64,000 nt of DNA from Octopus vulgaris (lineage: Eukaryota), in NCBI GenBank assembly GCA_951406725.2, contig OX597819.1:88164001-88228000 (forward strand), written 5' to 3'. A program made the position numbers and the translations under genes. Under the pieces are notes generated by a model that saw nothing but the letters and a program-made list of their open reading frames with translations, was not told the DNA's origin and ran no database searches. Positions 13,130-29,123 of the stretch are shown one piece after another. Numbering within the stretch: position 1 is the first letter of the stretch; every line of letters starts with the position of its first letter.

Positions 13130-14280
13130 TAATTTTGATAGGTTTTGGCCAGTATAGGCCCAGGACATGTCTAACTTAATAGCATCACCTGGTGAAGTCT
13201 TTTAGTCATATATGGGGCATCATGGCTCACTCTAGCAAAGAGTTATTATTGTTGGGAATATATCCAGGTGTTGGAGTTTGGTCCGGGATTTTTTGAAGAA
13301 ATTTGTCCAGGGAACATTTGAATTTAATGGGATCCATTTCCATTTTGACATATTTTAGTATGGTATTAAAGAGAGCTGGAGTGGTTGAGGTAAAGTAATT
13401 GTGATGTAATGCTACTATGTGTACTGAGTTTGATTTTTGCAGTGGGTGGATAGCATGGGAGCCAAGTCTTGGATGGATTTAAAAATTGATGCAATATTGT
13501 TGGAATATTTTCCATATCACACAAATGATATATATCATCATCATCACTTAATGACTGCTTTCCATGCTAGCATGGGTTGATGTATATAAATGTATCTCTC
13601 TAGATGCTGGTGCAGATTTCCGCCCCGACATCTGAAACTCTGAGTTTTATTATGGCAACCGAATAATTGTCACATATTATATTACAGATATATATAGTTA
13701 TGGTATATTCTGTTAAGAACGTTATTGAGTACAGAATAAAGCTTGTCTACCTTCAGATTTACCCTGTTCTATCCAGTAATAGTATTATACGTACTTCCAG
13801 GTTGGCATTTTGGTATCTGTTGTGTGTTTATAGATAATTGAAAACCTTGGAGTTAACAGGAAGAGGTATGGTTGGACATGGATTTTTTAATCATTACAAT
13901 TGTTTCCACCAATGTAGTTCTCCAGGAGTACAGGTACTTGATTATGCAACTGGCTCCTAGCATTATGAGAATTAGTTGTGTTTTCTCAGGCATTCTGCAA
14001 ATATTGTTTCCCTAAGTTTAAAATCCTCAGCTACAAAAACATCCTGTTTGTCTGTTGTGGCCTGAATTTAGTAGAAGTCACTGAGCTTATCAGGATGTGT
14101 TGTCGCTGAGGAGCCATTAGCAAACTGTTTTGAATGTGCAGATGTAGTGGGATGGTGATTCTGGTATTGTTAAAGTGGTTGCCATTTTAAAGGGATTGGA
14201 ATTTTATTTCTTTGTACAGCTGATTTGTTCTTCATGGCTGGTTACACATGCAATTGTTGTTAGCTGGCCTTTGAGATTCA
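13130..14280 (-). mobile_element. Highly decayed LINE (CR1/Jockey-like) fragments with later insertions
   Basis: Minus-strand pieces resemble a LINE ORF2 C-terminus (YIICVIWKIFQQ, ALFNTILK..FKCSLDKFLQKIPDQTPTPGY); many stops. Confidence 0.4.
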
Positions 14281-14327
14281 ATGTTTGGACACATTCATGA
14301 TAACATATGCACACGCACACATATACG

Positions 14328-14377
<50 letters not shown>

Positions 14378-14656
14378 CCTGCTCATGCACATATATACAT
14401 ACATTCATACATATACATATACACACACACGGTCACATATACAGATATGTACATACACTCACATACATTTACACGCATAGATGCTCATGTGTGCATACCC
14501 ACACTTATACATATATATATATCTACTTACATGCATACACATACGCACATGCACACACTCCTATATGCACACACACATACATATATATATATCTAATGTA
14601 GGATAAAATTTTTTCGAAAAATAATTTTATCAATGGCCAGCATATTAAAATATATA

Positions 14657-14736
<80 letters not shown>

Positions 14737-14832
14737 GCATACATATATATATATACGCATGTATATATATGTGTGTATATAATCTGTATCTGTTTGTCTA
14801 TCTATCTATCTATATCTATTTATCTATCTATC

Positions 14833-14870
<38 letters not shown>

Positions 14871-14871
14871 A

Positions 14872-14903
<32 letters not shown>

Positions 14904-16124
14904 GTAGGTATTTATGCATATCTATATATGAATGTATTGTCAATAGCTCATATATCTGGAAAAGAAGCACACTCTAAAGCATGGGAGCAGTAATATATTT
15001 TTTGAGGAAGTTAAAAGTTATGTCCATTCATAGAATGACCAGTGCTTGGTAGTATAGACTTCAGCCAGTTGAGTCTGACAAGTCGTTTATACCATTTAGC
15101 ACTTTATAGGGGTGAAATCAATGGTCACTCTATGACTGGCTGTAACTTTTAACTTCCTAAAACACACACACACATACACACACATACACACAGATGTGTG
15201 TGTGCTTTTATGTATGTGTGTAGTTGCATTAAATACTTTAGATGTGATAGAGGCAAATATATATAAGTTGAGTTTCCGGCAAAGTTAGGAAAAAAAAAAA
15301 AAAACTAACCAGATTTCAATTCCCACTTTTATTCATACTTTTCCTCTTCCCTACTCTAATTGTTGTTATACAATTGTTAACTAAATCAGAAATTTTTACA
15401 ATGATAATAACAATAAATAAAATATGCCCCTATACAGAAAAATGCACTCCTATAGTCATACAGAAACGGAAATCAATCTAACTTGTTAACAATATTTACA
15501 AGTTCACATAAACTACACATATCTTTATGGACTTTTATTCTCGCAAGCTTTCCTCTCTTTCTGTATGTGATTCTTGTCTTTTCCTATTATCAACTTCGCC
15601 CCTATCATTATGTTATCGTGAATTTTGAATATGTTCGATATTTCTTATTATTTCTTCTTTATTTTTGCTATCTTTTTTTTTACCATTTGTTGTTGTTGTT
15701 GTTGTTGTTGTTGTCCCACTTCATATTACTCCTTTGCATCTTTGCCTCCCAGTGCTTTTTATGTATTGGTCTCTATATAGTTTTTTTTAAAAAATATATT
15801 TTTTTTGTTCCTTTTGCACTCACACAGCCATTTAAGTTCTGCTTGTGATATCTCTTCACTACATTCTATGTATGATATTGATTATTTACACTATAGACTG
15901 CAAATGTCATCGTTGGTCGAAAGAAAAGAGAAGATATTATTGAAAAGATAACTAAACTTTTAACAATGTGCAGAATAGTAAACCTGACAGACTACGTATG
16001 AATGGTAAATGCAAATGTGGTCTTTTAACCTTAGCATTTTACCATTCGTTACCATGCAAGCATTGAGGGAATATAATATGTAATCTATAATAATATATGT
16101 ATGTGTGTAGGTAAACTCATGTAG

Positions 16125-16214
<90 letters not shown>

Positions 16215-16219
<5 letters not shown>

Positions 16220-16529
16220 CGTAAAAAGCACCATCCCGTTCGTGTCTGTTGCCAGCCTCGCCTGGCCCTCGTGCCGGTGGCACATAAAAAGCACCATCCG
16301 TTCGTGGCCGTTTGCCAGCTCCGTCTGGCACCTGTGCGGGTGGCACGTAAAAAGCACCCACTACACTCACGGAGTGGTTGGCGTTAGGAAGGGCATCCAG
16401 CTGTAGAAACACTGCCAGATTTGACTGGGCCTGATGAAGCCTTCTGGCTTCACAGACCCCAGTAGAACCGTCCAACCCATGCTAGCATGGAAAACGGACG
16501 CTAAACGATGATGATGATGATGATGATGA

Positions 16530-16532
<3 letters not shown>
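16215..16532 (+). mobile_element. RTE-related 3' UTR/SINE-like repeat with ~60 bp internal tandem units and a (GAT)n tail
   Basis: Three AAAAAGCACC-started units, then TAGGAAGGGCATCC and CCCATGCTAGCATGG; related to 3100-3190 and 3825-3870. Confidence 0.7.
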
Positions 16533-16573
<41 letters not shown>

Positions 16574-16584
16574 TATATAGAAGG

Positions 16585-16635
16585 AGCTTCTACAGGACTA
16601 GAACTGTTTCATTCAAGAGAAATCTTCAGGAAGCT
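16585..16635 (-). ncRNA. Type I hammerhead ribozyme motif (inverted copy)
   Basis: Exact reverse complement of 19344-19394. Confidence 0.75.
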
Positions 16636-17214
16636 AGTTAACAAGAATTGTATTGGCATTTATACATTTAGGCAGGTTTAAAGGGGTGTTGGTGGGGGAC
16701 TTTTTGGGGGTAGGCATAGCGCAAAATATCATACTTGGGGGAGTGGTCAAGGAGTCAGTGTTAAATTAGATAGAAGAATAAATAAAAAATAAAAAAAATA
16801 AAAATATATATATATAAAAAAAGGGGGAATAGAGTTTTAGGTAAATAAGGAGATTCTCACTTATACCTATGCACATATGTATACATATATACACACGCAT
16901 ACAAACATATATACATATACATACACACATACATACACACACATATATATATACATATATATACACTTACACATACATATACATATCTACACATACACAT
17001 ATATGTATACATACACACACTCACATGCATACACGTATACACACATGTATATATACACACACACGACCACACATACATTGTACATGTGTATGTATATATG
17101 TGTGTAAGTGTGTGTATATATGTAAATGTAAGTGTGTGTGCTTGTATGAGAATGTATGTATGTTTGCACACATGTATATATGTGTGTGTATGTGTATGTG
17201 TATATATATATATG

Positions 17215-17248
<34 letters not shown>

Positions 17249-17546
17249 TATTTGTATATATATGTGTATGTATATATATGTGTATGTGTGTGTGTGTGTA
17301 TACATGTGTGTATGTGTATGTATGTATGTATATATATGCGTGTGTATGTGTATGTGTATATGTACATATACGCGTACGCTCGTGTGTTTATGTATATGTA
17401 GGTACGTAGAGTATCTATGTGTTGTATTTATATGTACATGTGTAAGTATGTATATATATATATATATATATATGTGTGTATGTGTGTGTGTGTATATATA
17501 TATATATGTATGTATGTGTGTATGTGTATATATATGTGTATATATG

Positions 17547-17585
<39 letters not shown>

Positions 17586-18000
17586 ATCTATGTGTGTGTA
17601 AGTTTATATGTATGTATCCGTCTATATAATAGGTAACTGCACGTACATATACTTAATATTTATTATTTATTATTTATTTTTTGAGTATGCATGTATGAAT
17701 AACTGCGCGTATATATATTTTACTATTTACTTATTTTTTGAGTATGCATGTAAGTATGAATATAAGGAGGCGCGTGTGTGTGTGTGTATGTGTAAGCATA
17801 GATATATGTATACTTTTACGCATGGGTGTACTTATGTGTATATATGGACGCGCGCGTGTGTGTGTGTGTGTATGGGTACGCATGTACATGTGTATGTGCG
17901 TGTATGAGTATATGAGTATGTATGTATGTGTGTGCGTATATTTGTATATGTATGTATGTATGTATATGTATGTGTGTGTATGAATATATATGTATATATG

Positions 18001-18033
<33 letters not shown>

Positions 18034-18230
18034 AGATATATATATGCGCGTATATATATGTATGTATGTGGGTGTGTGTATGTGTATAAATGTATGTATG
18101 TATGGATGTATGGATGTATGTATGTATGTATACGTATGTATGTGTATGTGTGTATATGTATGTATGTGTATGTGTGTATATATGTGTATGTGTGTGTGTA
18201 TATGTGTATGTATATATGTGTATATATATG

Positions 18231-18287
<57 letters not shown>

Positions 18288-18699
18288 TTGTATGTAGGTG
18301 TACGTGTATGTGTGTGTATTTATATTTATTGGTGTATATGTATAGACTAGCCTTCTAAGAGTGTAGACATGAATCTGTAGGTACGCGTACGTATGTGTAT
18401 ATACGTGAATGTATGTAGATGTATGTATGTATGAATATAACGCGTGCGTGCGTGTATGTGTATGAGTGTACGAATGAGTGAGTGTACGTGCTAAAGAGTG
18501 TGCGTGAGTGAATGAGTGCTTGTTTTCCAGTAGACAGATAAATGGACTGGCTGTCATAGCCAAGATGTTTGTGACCAAGCGGCCAAAGATAAACAAAGTA
18601 ATAAACGAAGATAATAAAATTAAAATTAGGGAATGGGTCTGTATTTGTATGTGTATATATATATGTGTGTATGTGTAGGTATGCATAGGTACACATATG

Positions 18700-18736
<37 letters not shown>

Positions 18737-19343
18737 ATATATATATATGTGTATGTGTATGTATGTGTGTGTATATATGTGTGTATGTGTATATATGTGT
18801 ATATAGGGACTAGTGTGCTGTGTGTGCATGTGTGTGTGTGGATTTGTGTGTGTATGCGTGTATGTGAGTATGTGTGTGTATGTGTATATATATTTTTCTG
18901 TGTGTATATGTATGTGTGGTCGTGTGTGTGTATATATACATGTGTGTATACGTGTATGCATGTGAGTGTGTGTATGTATACATATATGTGTATGTGTAGA
19001 TATGTATATGTATGTGTAAGTGTATATATATGTATATATATATGTGTGTGTATGTATGTGTGTATGTATATGTATATATGTTTGTATGCGTGTGTATATA
19101 TGTATACATATGTGCATAGGTATAAGTGAGAATCTCCTTATTTACCTAAAACTCTATTCCCCCTTTTTTTATATATATATATATTTTTATTTTTTATTTA
19201 TTCTTCTATCTAATTTAACACTGACTCCTTGACCACTCCCCCAAGTATGATATTTTGCGCTATGCCTACCCCCAAAAAGTCCCCCACCAACACCCCTTTA
19301 AACCTGCCTAAATGTATAAATGCCAATACAATTCTTGTTAACT

Positions 19344-19394
19344 AGCTTCCTGAAGATTTCTCTTGAATGAAACAGTTCTAGTCCTGTAGAAGCT
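19344..19394 (+). ncRNA. Type I hammerhead ribozyme motif
   Basis: Stem I AGCUUC/GAAGCU; core CUGAAGA; stem II UUC-UCUU-GAA closed by U.U; GAAA; stem III ACAG/CUGU; cleavage triplet GUA, predicted cut after 19388. Confidence 0.75.
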
Positions 19395-19477
19395 CCTTCT
19401 ATATAATAAATTAATTTTACTCTGCTATGTATTGAGTACCTTATTTACTGTGGTTAACCCCGAATCAACCCGGGACC

Positions 19478-19515
<38 letters not shown>

Positions 19516-19517
<2 letters not shown>

Positions 19518-19746
19518 TCTTTATTACCCACAAGGGGCTAAACATAGAGGAGACAAACAAGGACAGACAAACGGGATTAAGTCGATTACATCGACCCCAG
19601 TGCGTAACTGGTACTTAATTTATCGACCTCGAATGGATGAAAGGCAAAGTCGACCTCGGCGGAATTTGAACTCAGAATGTAACGGCAGACGAAACACGGC
19701 TACACATTTCGCCCTGCGTGCTAACGGTTCTGCCAGCTCGGCGCCT
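19516..19746 (-). mobile_element. SINE family A, full length
   Basis: Reverse complement of 52497-52730. Confidence 0.9.
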
Positions 19747-19768
19747 TATCTCTCTCTATATATATGTA

Positions 19769-19814
<46 letters not shown>

Positions 19815-19944
19815 TGTGTGTATGTGTGTCCATAAATATTTACATACATGCATACATACATACATACATACATACATACATACATACATACATACATACA
19901 TACATACATACACACACATATATACATGCATGTACATACACACA

Positions 19945-20100
19945 GGGTTGTGTGGTTCAGAAACTTGGTTTACAACCTTGTCTACTCAGGTTCTGTTCCA
20001 GTGAATGGCACCTTAAGCAAGTATGTTCTCCTATAGCCCCTGGCCAACTAATGCCTTGTGAGTGAATTTGCTAGATAGAAATTAAGTGGAGGCCCACTGT
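19945..20100 (+). mobile_element. Diverged SINE family B head
   Basis: tggcaccttaagcaagt..atgccttgtgagtgaatttgctagatagaaa resembles 25800-25950. Confidence 0.6.
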
Positions 20101-20146
20101 ATATATATATATATACATATATATATATACACACACACATATGTAT

Positions 20147-20195
<49 letters not shown>

Positions 20196-20261
20196 CATAT
20201 GTGTGTGTGTATATATATATGTATATATATATACAGTGGGCCTCCACTTAATTTCTATCTA
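20072..20261. repeat. ~190 bp fold-back palindrome around (TA)n
   Basis: 20072-20148 is the reverse complement of 20191-20261, apart from TA copy number. Confidence 0.85.
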
Positions 20262-20262
20262 T

Positions 20263-20320
<58 letters not shown>

Positions 20321-20336
20321 TATATATATGTTATAC

Positions 20337-20416
<80 letters not shown>

Positions 20417-21249
20417 ATGTATGTGTGTGTATATATATATATACAGTTGTTGGCCGCTTATTTATCTGTGAAGCATTTCCGACATTTCTTAGAAGGGGCA
20501 AACTTTTATCATATACATTGATCACAAGCCGTTGATATACGAACTGTATTCTAAGACTGTTAAATACTCGCCTAGAGTTATCAAACATTTTGATTTTATT
20601 TCGCAATTTTTTGTAGATATTTGTAGAAGTAATTTACACTGTCATTATGTGAGATGTTTTCGTTTTAACTCATCTAACCTGAAATACCCATAAAACGGCT
20701 CCACAAGCTCATTTCGTTTCTGCGGTCACATGACCTCGTGATTAAACGAACCTGTTGTTTGTATTGGTCGGCTTCCAGCTGTCCAATCGCGTTGGCGCAA
20801 CAGTTTATTTTTCCTTACGCAGGAAATTAATCACTAGCTTCTGGGAGCCTCCTATTCTGTATAAGAAGGACAGTTTTCGCTTGCTCTAAGTTTTTGGCAC
20901 TCGCCACTGACCACACACACGTCTTGTCTCCAGCAACGATGTCCTGACACCAACCAGTCTCCACACTCATCATCTCCACCAGACGTCTGTCTGTATCATT
21001 ACTGTATGAAGACCACACGACCAACGGACCAAACGCCTGCCCCTACACAATATCAACAGCCCAGCCCAGCCTAACCACGAAGTTCTCGCACATCCTTGTT
21101 GTAACCTATTGAGTTATGCTAATTCATGTATGGCAAGTCATTGTATTTTATAACGGAGAATAAAACGTCACCTACCAGTTCATTCCATCTCAAGCTGTAT
21201 ATATTCACATTCACACTACCCCATTCACTCACTACTTCGTTACAAGCAG

Positions 21250-22640
21250 TGACACCGAGCTAAAACATCTTCGTTATATATTCATTCGAGCAAGGATGCC
21301 GATAATTCTGCAGTAGGCATCTTATCTTGTGTCTATGTCAATGCTTTTCCTTCTGCCTTTACTATTGACCTGCAACAGATTGCAATGGGCCAAACGGACG
21401 ATGAAGAGTTACTACAATTTCGAACATTAGAATCATTTTCTTTAGATTTTCTTTATTACCATTGTACTCTGCTGACTCACTTGCATGGTGTGATGTCTCT
21501 ACTGGATTTTTCTTGACCGTACACCCTCAGAGAGTCATGGATAGGCTTTTTTTTTCCTCCGCTCTCCATGATTTATCTCGTCCAGGGATTTCGGCAACGG
21601 TGAAATTAATTTCAAATCGTTTTGCTTGGCCTGCTATGCAAAAGGACATTCCTATCTGGGCGCACCAAAGTATATCTTGCCAAAAAAGCTGAGATTCAGA
21701 GTCACATCGAAAAACCTTTAAGCGCCTTTACTACTCCTGATGCTTGTTTTAAACATATCCACGTAAATATCGCAAGGCTTTTACCGACAGTCCAAGATGA
21801 AATGTATCTTTTGACCTGCATAGATCGTTTTTCCAGATGGCATTAAGTCATACCGATTAAGAACAGTTCCTCCCTTACTATTGCAAAGGCCCTAATTGTC
21901 GAATGGTTTTCATGTGCTTGTACTCCTTTAACAACAACGACCGACTGGAGTCGTCTGAGTCCAGTCATTTTGCCGACCTAACCTGCTAGGTACGCATCGA
22001 ATTTGTACTACAGCTTACCACCCCATGTCGAATGGTATGATAGAACGTTTTCATTGACCGCTTAAAGCAGCTTCACGAGCACTATAGGATTCAGATCGAT
22101 GGTTAGCAGTTTTACTGATCGCATTATTGGGTCTTCGTTCCACTGTTAAGGAGGACCTAGGATACTCCCCGACAAAATTACTTTATGGTTAACCACTTAC
22201 ACTGCTTGGTGAAATGATACTAGCTGCCACTACATCTGTTCGACAATATAATCTGACCAACTATATTCATCGGTTGCGAAATTACATGACAGAGTTATTT
22301 CCGTTAACAACGAGACCACGGTCGATTAAAACTTTCGTTTCATCCGACATCAATACTTGGACTCCTGTTTTTACACACAACGATGCAGTCAAACATCTCT
22401 TACAGACAGTTTGTTCTAGCCCGCACTGGGTGTTAAAATCTAAACCTGAGCACATGGTTTTGGACATTCAAGGAAGACAGGAGACCGTCCGCGTAGATCG
22501 ACTTAAACAGGCTTCTGTCGAATGTCTTTCTTATCAATAACAATCCTCTTTTTCTCCACACAATCTACACAGACACATAATATACCATCTAACAGCAGCA
22601 CACCTCTTGCCGACAGAGTAACCAGGAGTGGCAGAGGAGT
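21250..22640 (+). pseudogene. Ty3/Gypsy pol remnant (integrase zinc-binding domain, rve core and C-terminus)
   Basis: LHDLSRPGISATVKLISNRFAWPAMQKDI..SCQK, FKHIHVNI..YLLTCIDRFSRW, TAYHPMSNGMIERFH and TVRVDRLK; multiple stops and frameshifts. Confidence 0.88.
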
Positions 22641-22717
22641 TGCATTGTCTGGCTAGATACACTTGCACATACTTTTACTAAACATACACAACAACAAAGA
22701 CTGTGCTTTCCCTTTTC

Positions 22718-23100
22718 AAATTGTCACCCATAATTATGACCCATAATTATGACCCTAGTATCGATCTTATTGCATTTCAATCTGTTTTAGGGTTAGGGTT
22801 AGGGTGGGGGGAAGGGTATCTTTTTTTCTTCACAAATGTAAATAAACCCAATTTGTTTCTTAAACGTGGGACATATTCATACGGCACAGAATGTTTTTTA
22901 ACTCAATAGACGTCACTGATTGGTTGAAATTGCAGAAATTGAAGAAAAAAACAACAAATATCTTACAAACTATAGAATTTTCTCAATTAAGCCAAGAGGA
23001 AAAGATGTTTTATAAACACATTCTACCAGTATACGAAGTTTAAAATTTTTTAGTTACCTAGAAATTACGTTAAAAACTGCCGTTCAAACCGAAAAGATCC
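22718..23100. mobile_element. MITE-like interspersed repeat (partial) containing (TTAGGG)3
   Basis: Shares its terminus with 1178-1290; TTAGGG x3 at 22787-22804. Confidence 0.6.
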
Positions 23101-23998
23101 AAAAGCGTTTTTTCTGATCAATCCTTTAGAGATACTGGAGATTATATTATTAGAAGGTCTGGAAATTACGACTGAATTCTATAAATTCCAAGGAGGCCAT
23201 CAGCATGTTACTAACATTTTCGTGACTAGACTTTCTCGATACACCTGTGTTTATTCCATAAGGAGCATATTATCAAAGCGGAAACTACTCAACTATAATA
23301 ATATGAAGGCCTACATGTTTAAAACTGAATTTAACGTCACGTGCTAACATCTTGAAGATTCTCTCTCTCTCCCCCCTCTCTCTCCTCTCTCTCTTTCCCT
23401 CCCCCTTTCTCTCTCCTCTCTCTCTTTCCCTCCCCCTCTCTCTCTCCTCTCTCTCTTCCCCCCTCTCTATCTCACACAATTCTGCTTTCACTGCGCCTAG
23501 CATGAAAGTGGAAAAGATAAATACACAACGTACAGGTTACATTTCAAGACAAGGTCATAGAAAGGTGTGTCCAAGGGCTAGGAGGTCAGGTATGTAACAT
23601 AAGATTTAGTTTGAAACTAAACCTTCATATATGTATATGTGAGGAATAAAGAGAGGATTTCTGTGTTCAAAATGAATTTCTGTTAAATGAACAATGGAAT
23701 GCCGTAAATGTTTGGTAATGAAAAATTTATTAATTATGTAACGGCAATCTCGTAGGAATTGTCTGTGAATTATTACTGTGTGATCTCTGTTAGTCTGGCA
23801 AAACTGATAATCCGATACATGTCTGGGAGCAAGAATCCCGGAAAATCGGCGGTAGAAAATAGACGATATAATTCTATACAAAAAAAAAAAAAAAAAAAAA
23901 AAAAAGAAAAAGAAAACCTGATGGAACCCACAAACTCGTACTGAAAGTAATGCAAAAATAAATATGATTAATTTTTTTTTTATTTACTGACTGACATG

Positions 23999-24407
23999 CG
24001 AGGGTGGGCTGAAAAAGTTCATAAGCCGACTATGAAGGAGTGATGCTAGAACTGTGAAATCTTGCATGTATCAATTTCAATTCTTATTAAAAGCCGCATT
24101 GTTTCTTTCTGGGTAAACTGACATCTGGCGGTTCAAAGATTTCAAAAGTACCAAGTTTGCGACTTCTCTTGAAAACAGACAAAAAATTTAGCATCGTGGT
24201 GTTATCAGTATCAGCAGTAAAAGGGTTTAGCCCCCAAGGACATTCATTATTGATATGGCTGCTATATTAGGGGATAACGCTTCAGCTTCATCAACAATTC
24301 AAAAGTGGGCAACTGAATTTAGGAGCATAGCACTTATAAAAGTTTGGTAAATGGTATGAACGAAACTCTCAGCCTTTCGGTCACTTTTGTAACTTTCAGC
24401 CAGCTCG
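23999..24407 (+). mobile_element. Internally deleted mariner element
   Basis: Imperfect TIRs CGAGGGTGGGCTGAAAAAGTT / AACTTTCAGCCAGCTCG. Remnant N-terminal HTH KGLAPKDIH..LGDNASASSTIQKWATEFR. Confidence 0.75.
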
Positions 24408-24630
24408 TGCATAGGTGTGTGTGCGTGTGAGTGTATTTGTGTGTGTGTGTGTGTGTGTGTTTTTGTGTGAATTTAATATAATCTGGATAACAATCTTATA
24501 GTGTGCTATTCAAAGCTCCTCTCCGGATATCGGCTACCAAATGTTATCAGACAGTAGCACTTCTGTTACTCGATATACATGTGGAAATCTGTAAATATCC
24601 GCAGAATATGAAAAAAAAATTTCATCCGAG

Positions 24631-24752
24631 AAGATGGATTGAACAGGCTTTATTACCAATCAATACAATTGCTTCGACACATTGTTAGCAGCTGATGATG
24701 ATGCGTTGAAACATTTGTAGGGAATTGTAATAAAGCCTGTTCAATCCATCTT
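24631..24752. repeat. Short inverted repeat (~30 bp arms, ~63 bp spacer)
   Basis: AAGATGGATTGAACAGGCTTTATTAC at 24631 and its reverse complement ending at 24752. Confidence 0.85.
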
Positions 24753-24812
24753 TGCATATTAAAGTTAAAACTTACAAACATACATACATACATACATACA
24801 TACATACATACA

Positions 24813-24846
<34 letters not shown>

Positions 24847-25059
24847 ACATACATACACACATATATAACATACATACATGTCATTTAGTCATTTATTTAT
24901 TTCAGTTATTCGACTGCGGCCATGCTGGGACTGAACCCGGAACCATATGGTTGGGAAGCAAGTTTCACACCACACAGCCACTCCTGCGCTATATATATGT
25001 ATATGTGTGTGTGTGTGTGTGGTAAGTAGCTTGCTTACCAGCCACATGGTATATATCTA

Positions 25060-28732
<3,673 letters not shown>

Positions 28733-28827
28733 GATGTGTGTGTGTGTGTGTGTGTGTGTATGCATGCATGCATACATACATACATACATACATACATAAA
28801 ATGCATGTATGTCTTTTTTTCTTTTCC

Positions 28828-29123
28828 TGCGCCCCTTTCAAGCCTAGCCAGGCTCACGGGCCCGGTTTCCCGGTTTCTGTGGCGTATGCGTTCCCCCCCA
28901 GCTGGATGGGGCGCCAGTCCATCGCAGCGTTACTCAAGAAACAGTGAGAGAAATTTGGGGCGAAAGAGTACAACAAGGGTCGCCACCACTCCCTGCCGGA
29001 GCTTCGTGGAGCTGTTAGGTGTTTTCGCTCAATAAACACACACAGCGGCCGGTCTGGGAATCGAAACCGCGATCCTCCGACCGTGAGTCCGCTGCCCTAA
29101 CCACTGGGCCATTGCGCCTTCAC
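28828..29123 (-). mobile_element. SINE family C
   Basis: Homologous to 3243-3544. Confidence 0.88.

Larger units (their letters stand above)
16569..19479 (+). mobile_element. Non-autonomous Penelope-like/retrozyme-like element with an inverted 5' terminal repeat
   Basis: 16569-17078 is the near-perfect reverse complement of 18908-19410. Each arm carries a hammerhead fold followed by AATAAA. The body is low-complexity TA/TG sequence, and both ends abut (TA)n. Confidence 0.7.

Noticed and set aside
16428-16470. CTGATGA followed by a hairpin
   Set aside because: No GAAA, stem III or NUH after the stem, so it is not a hammerhead.
16766-19232. Many long overlapping ORFs rich in Y/I/H/T/C/V/M
   Set aside because: These are translations of TA/CA/TG simple sequence lacking stop codons. 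The same applies to similar ORFs throughout the window.
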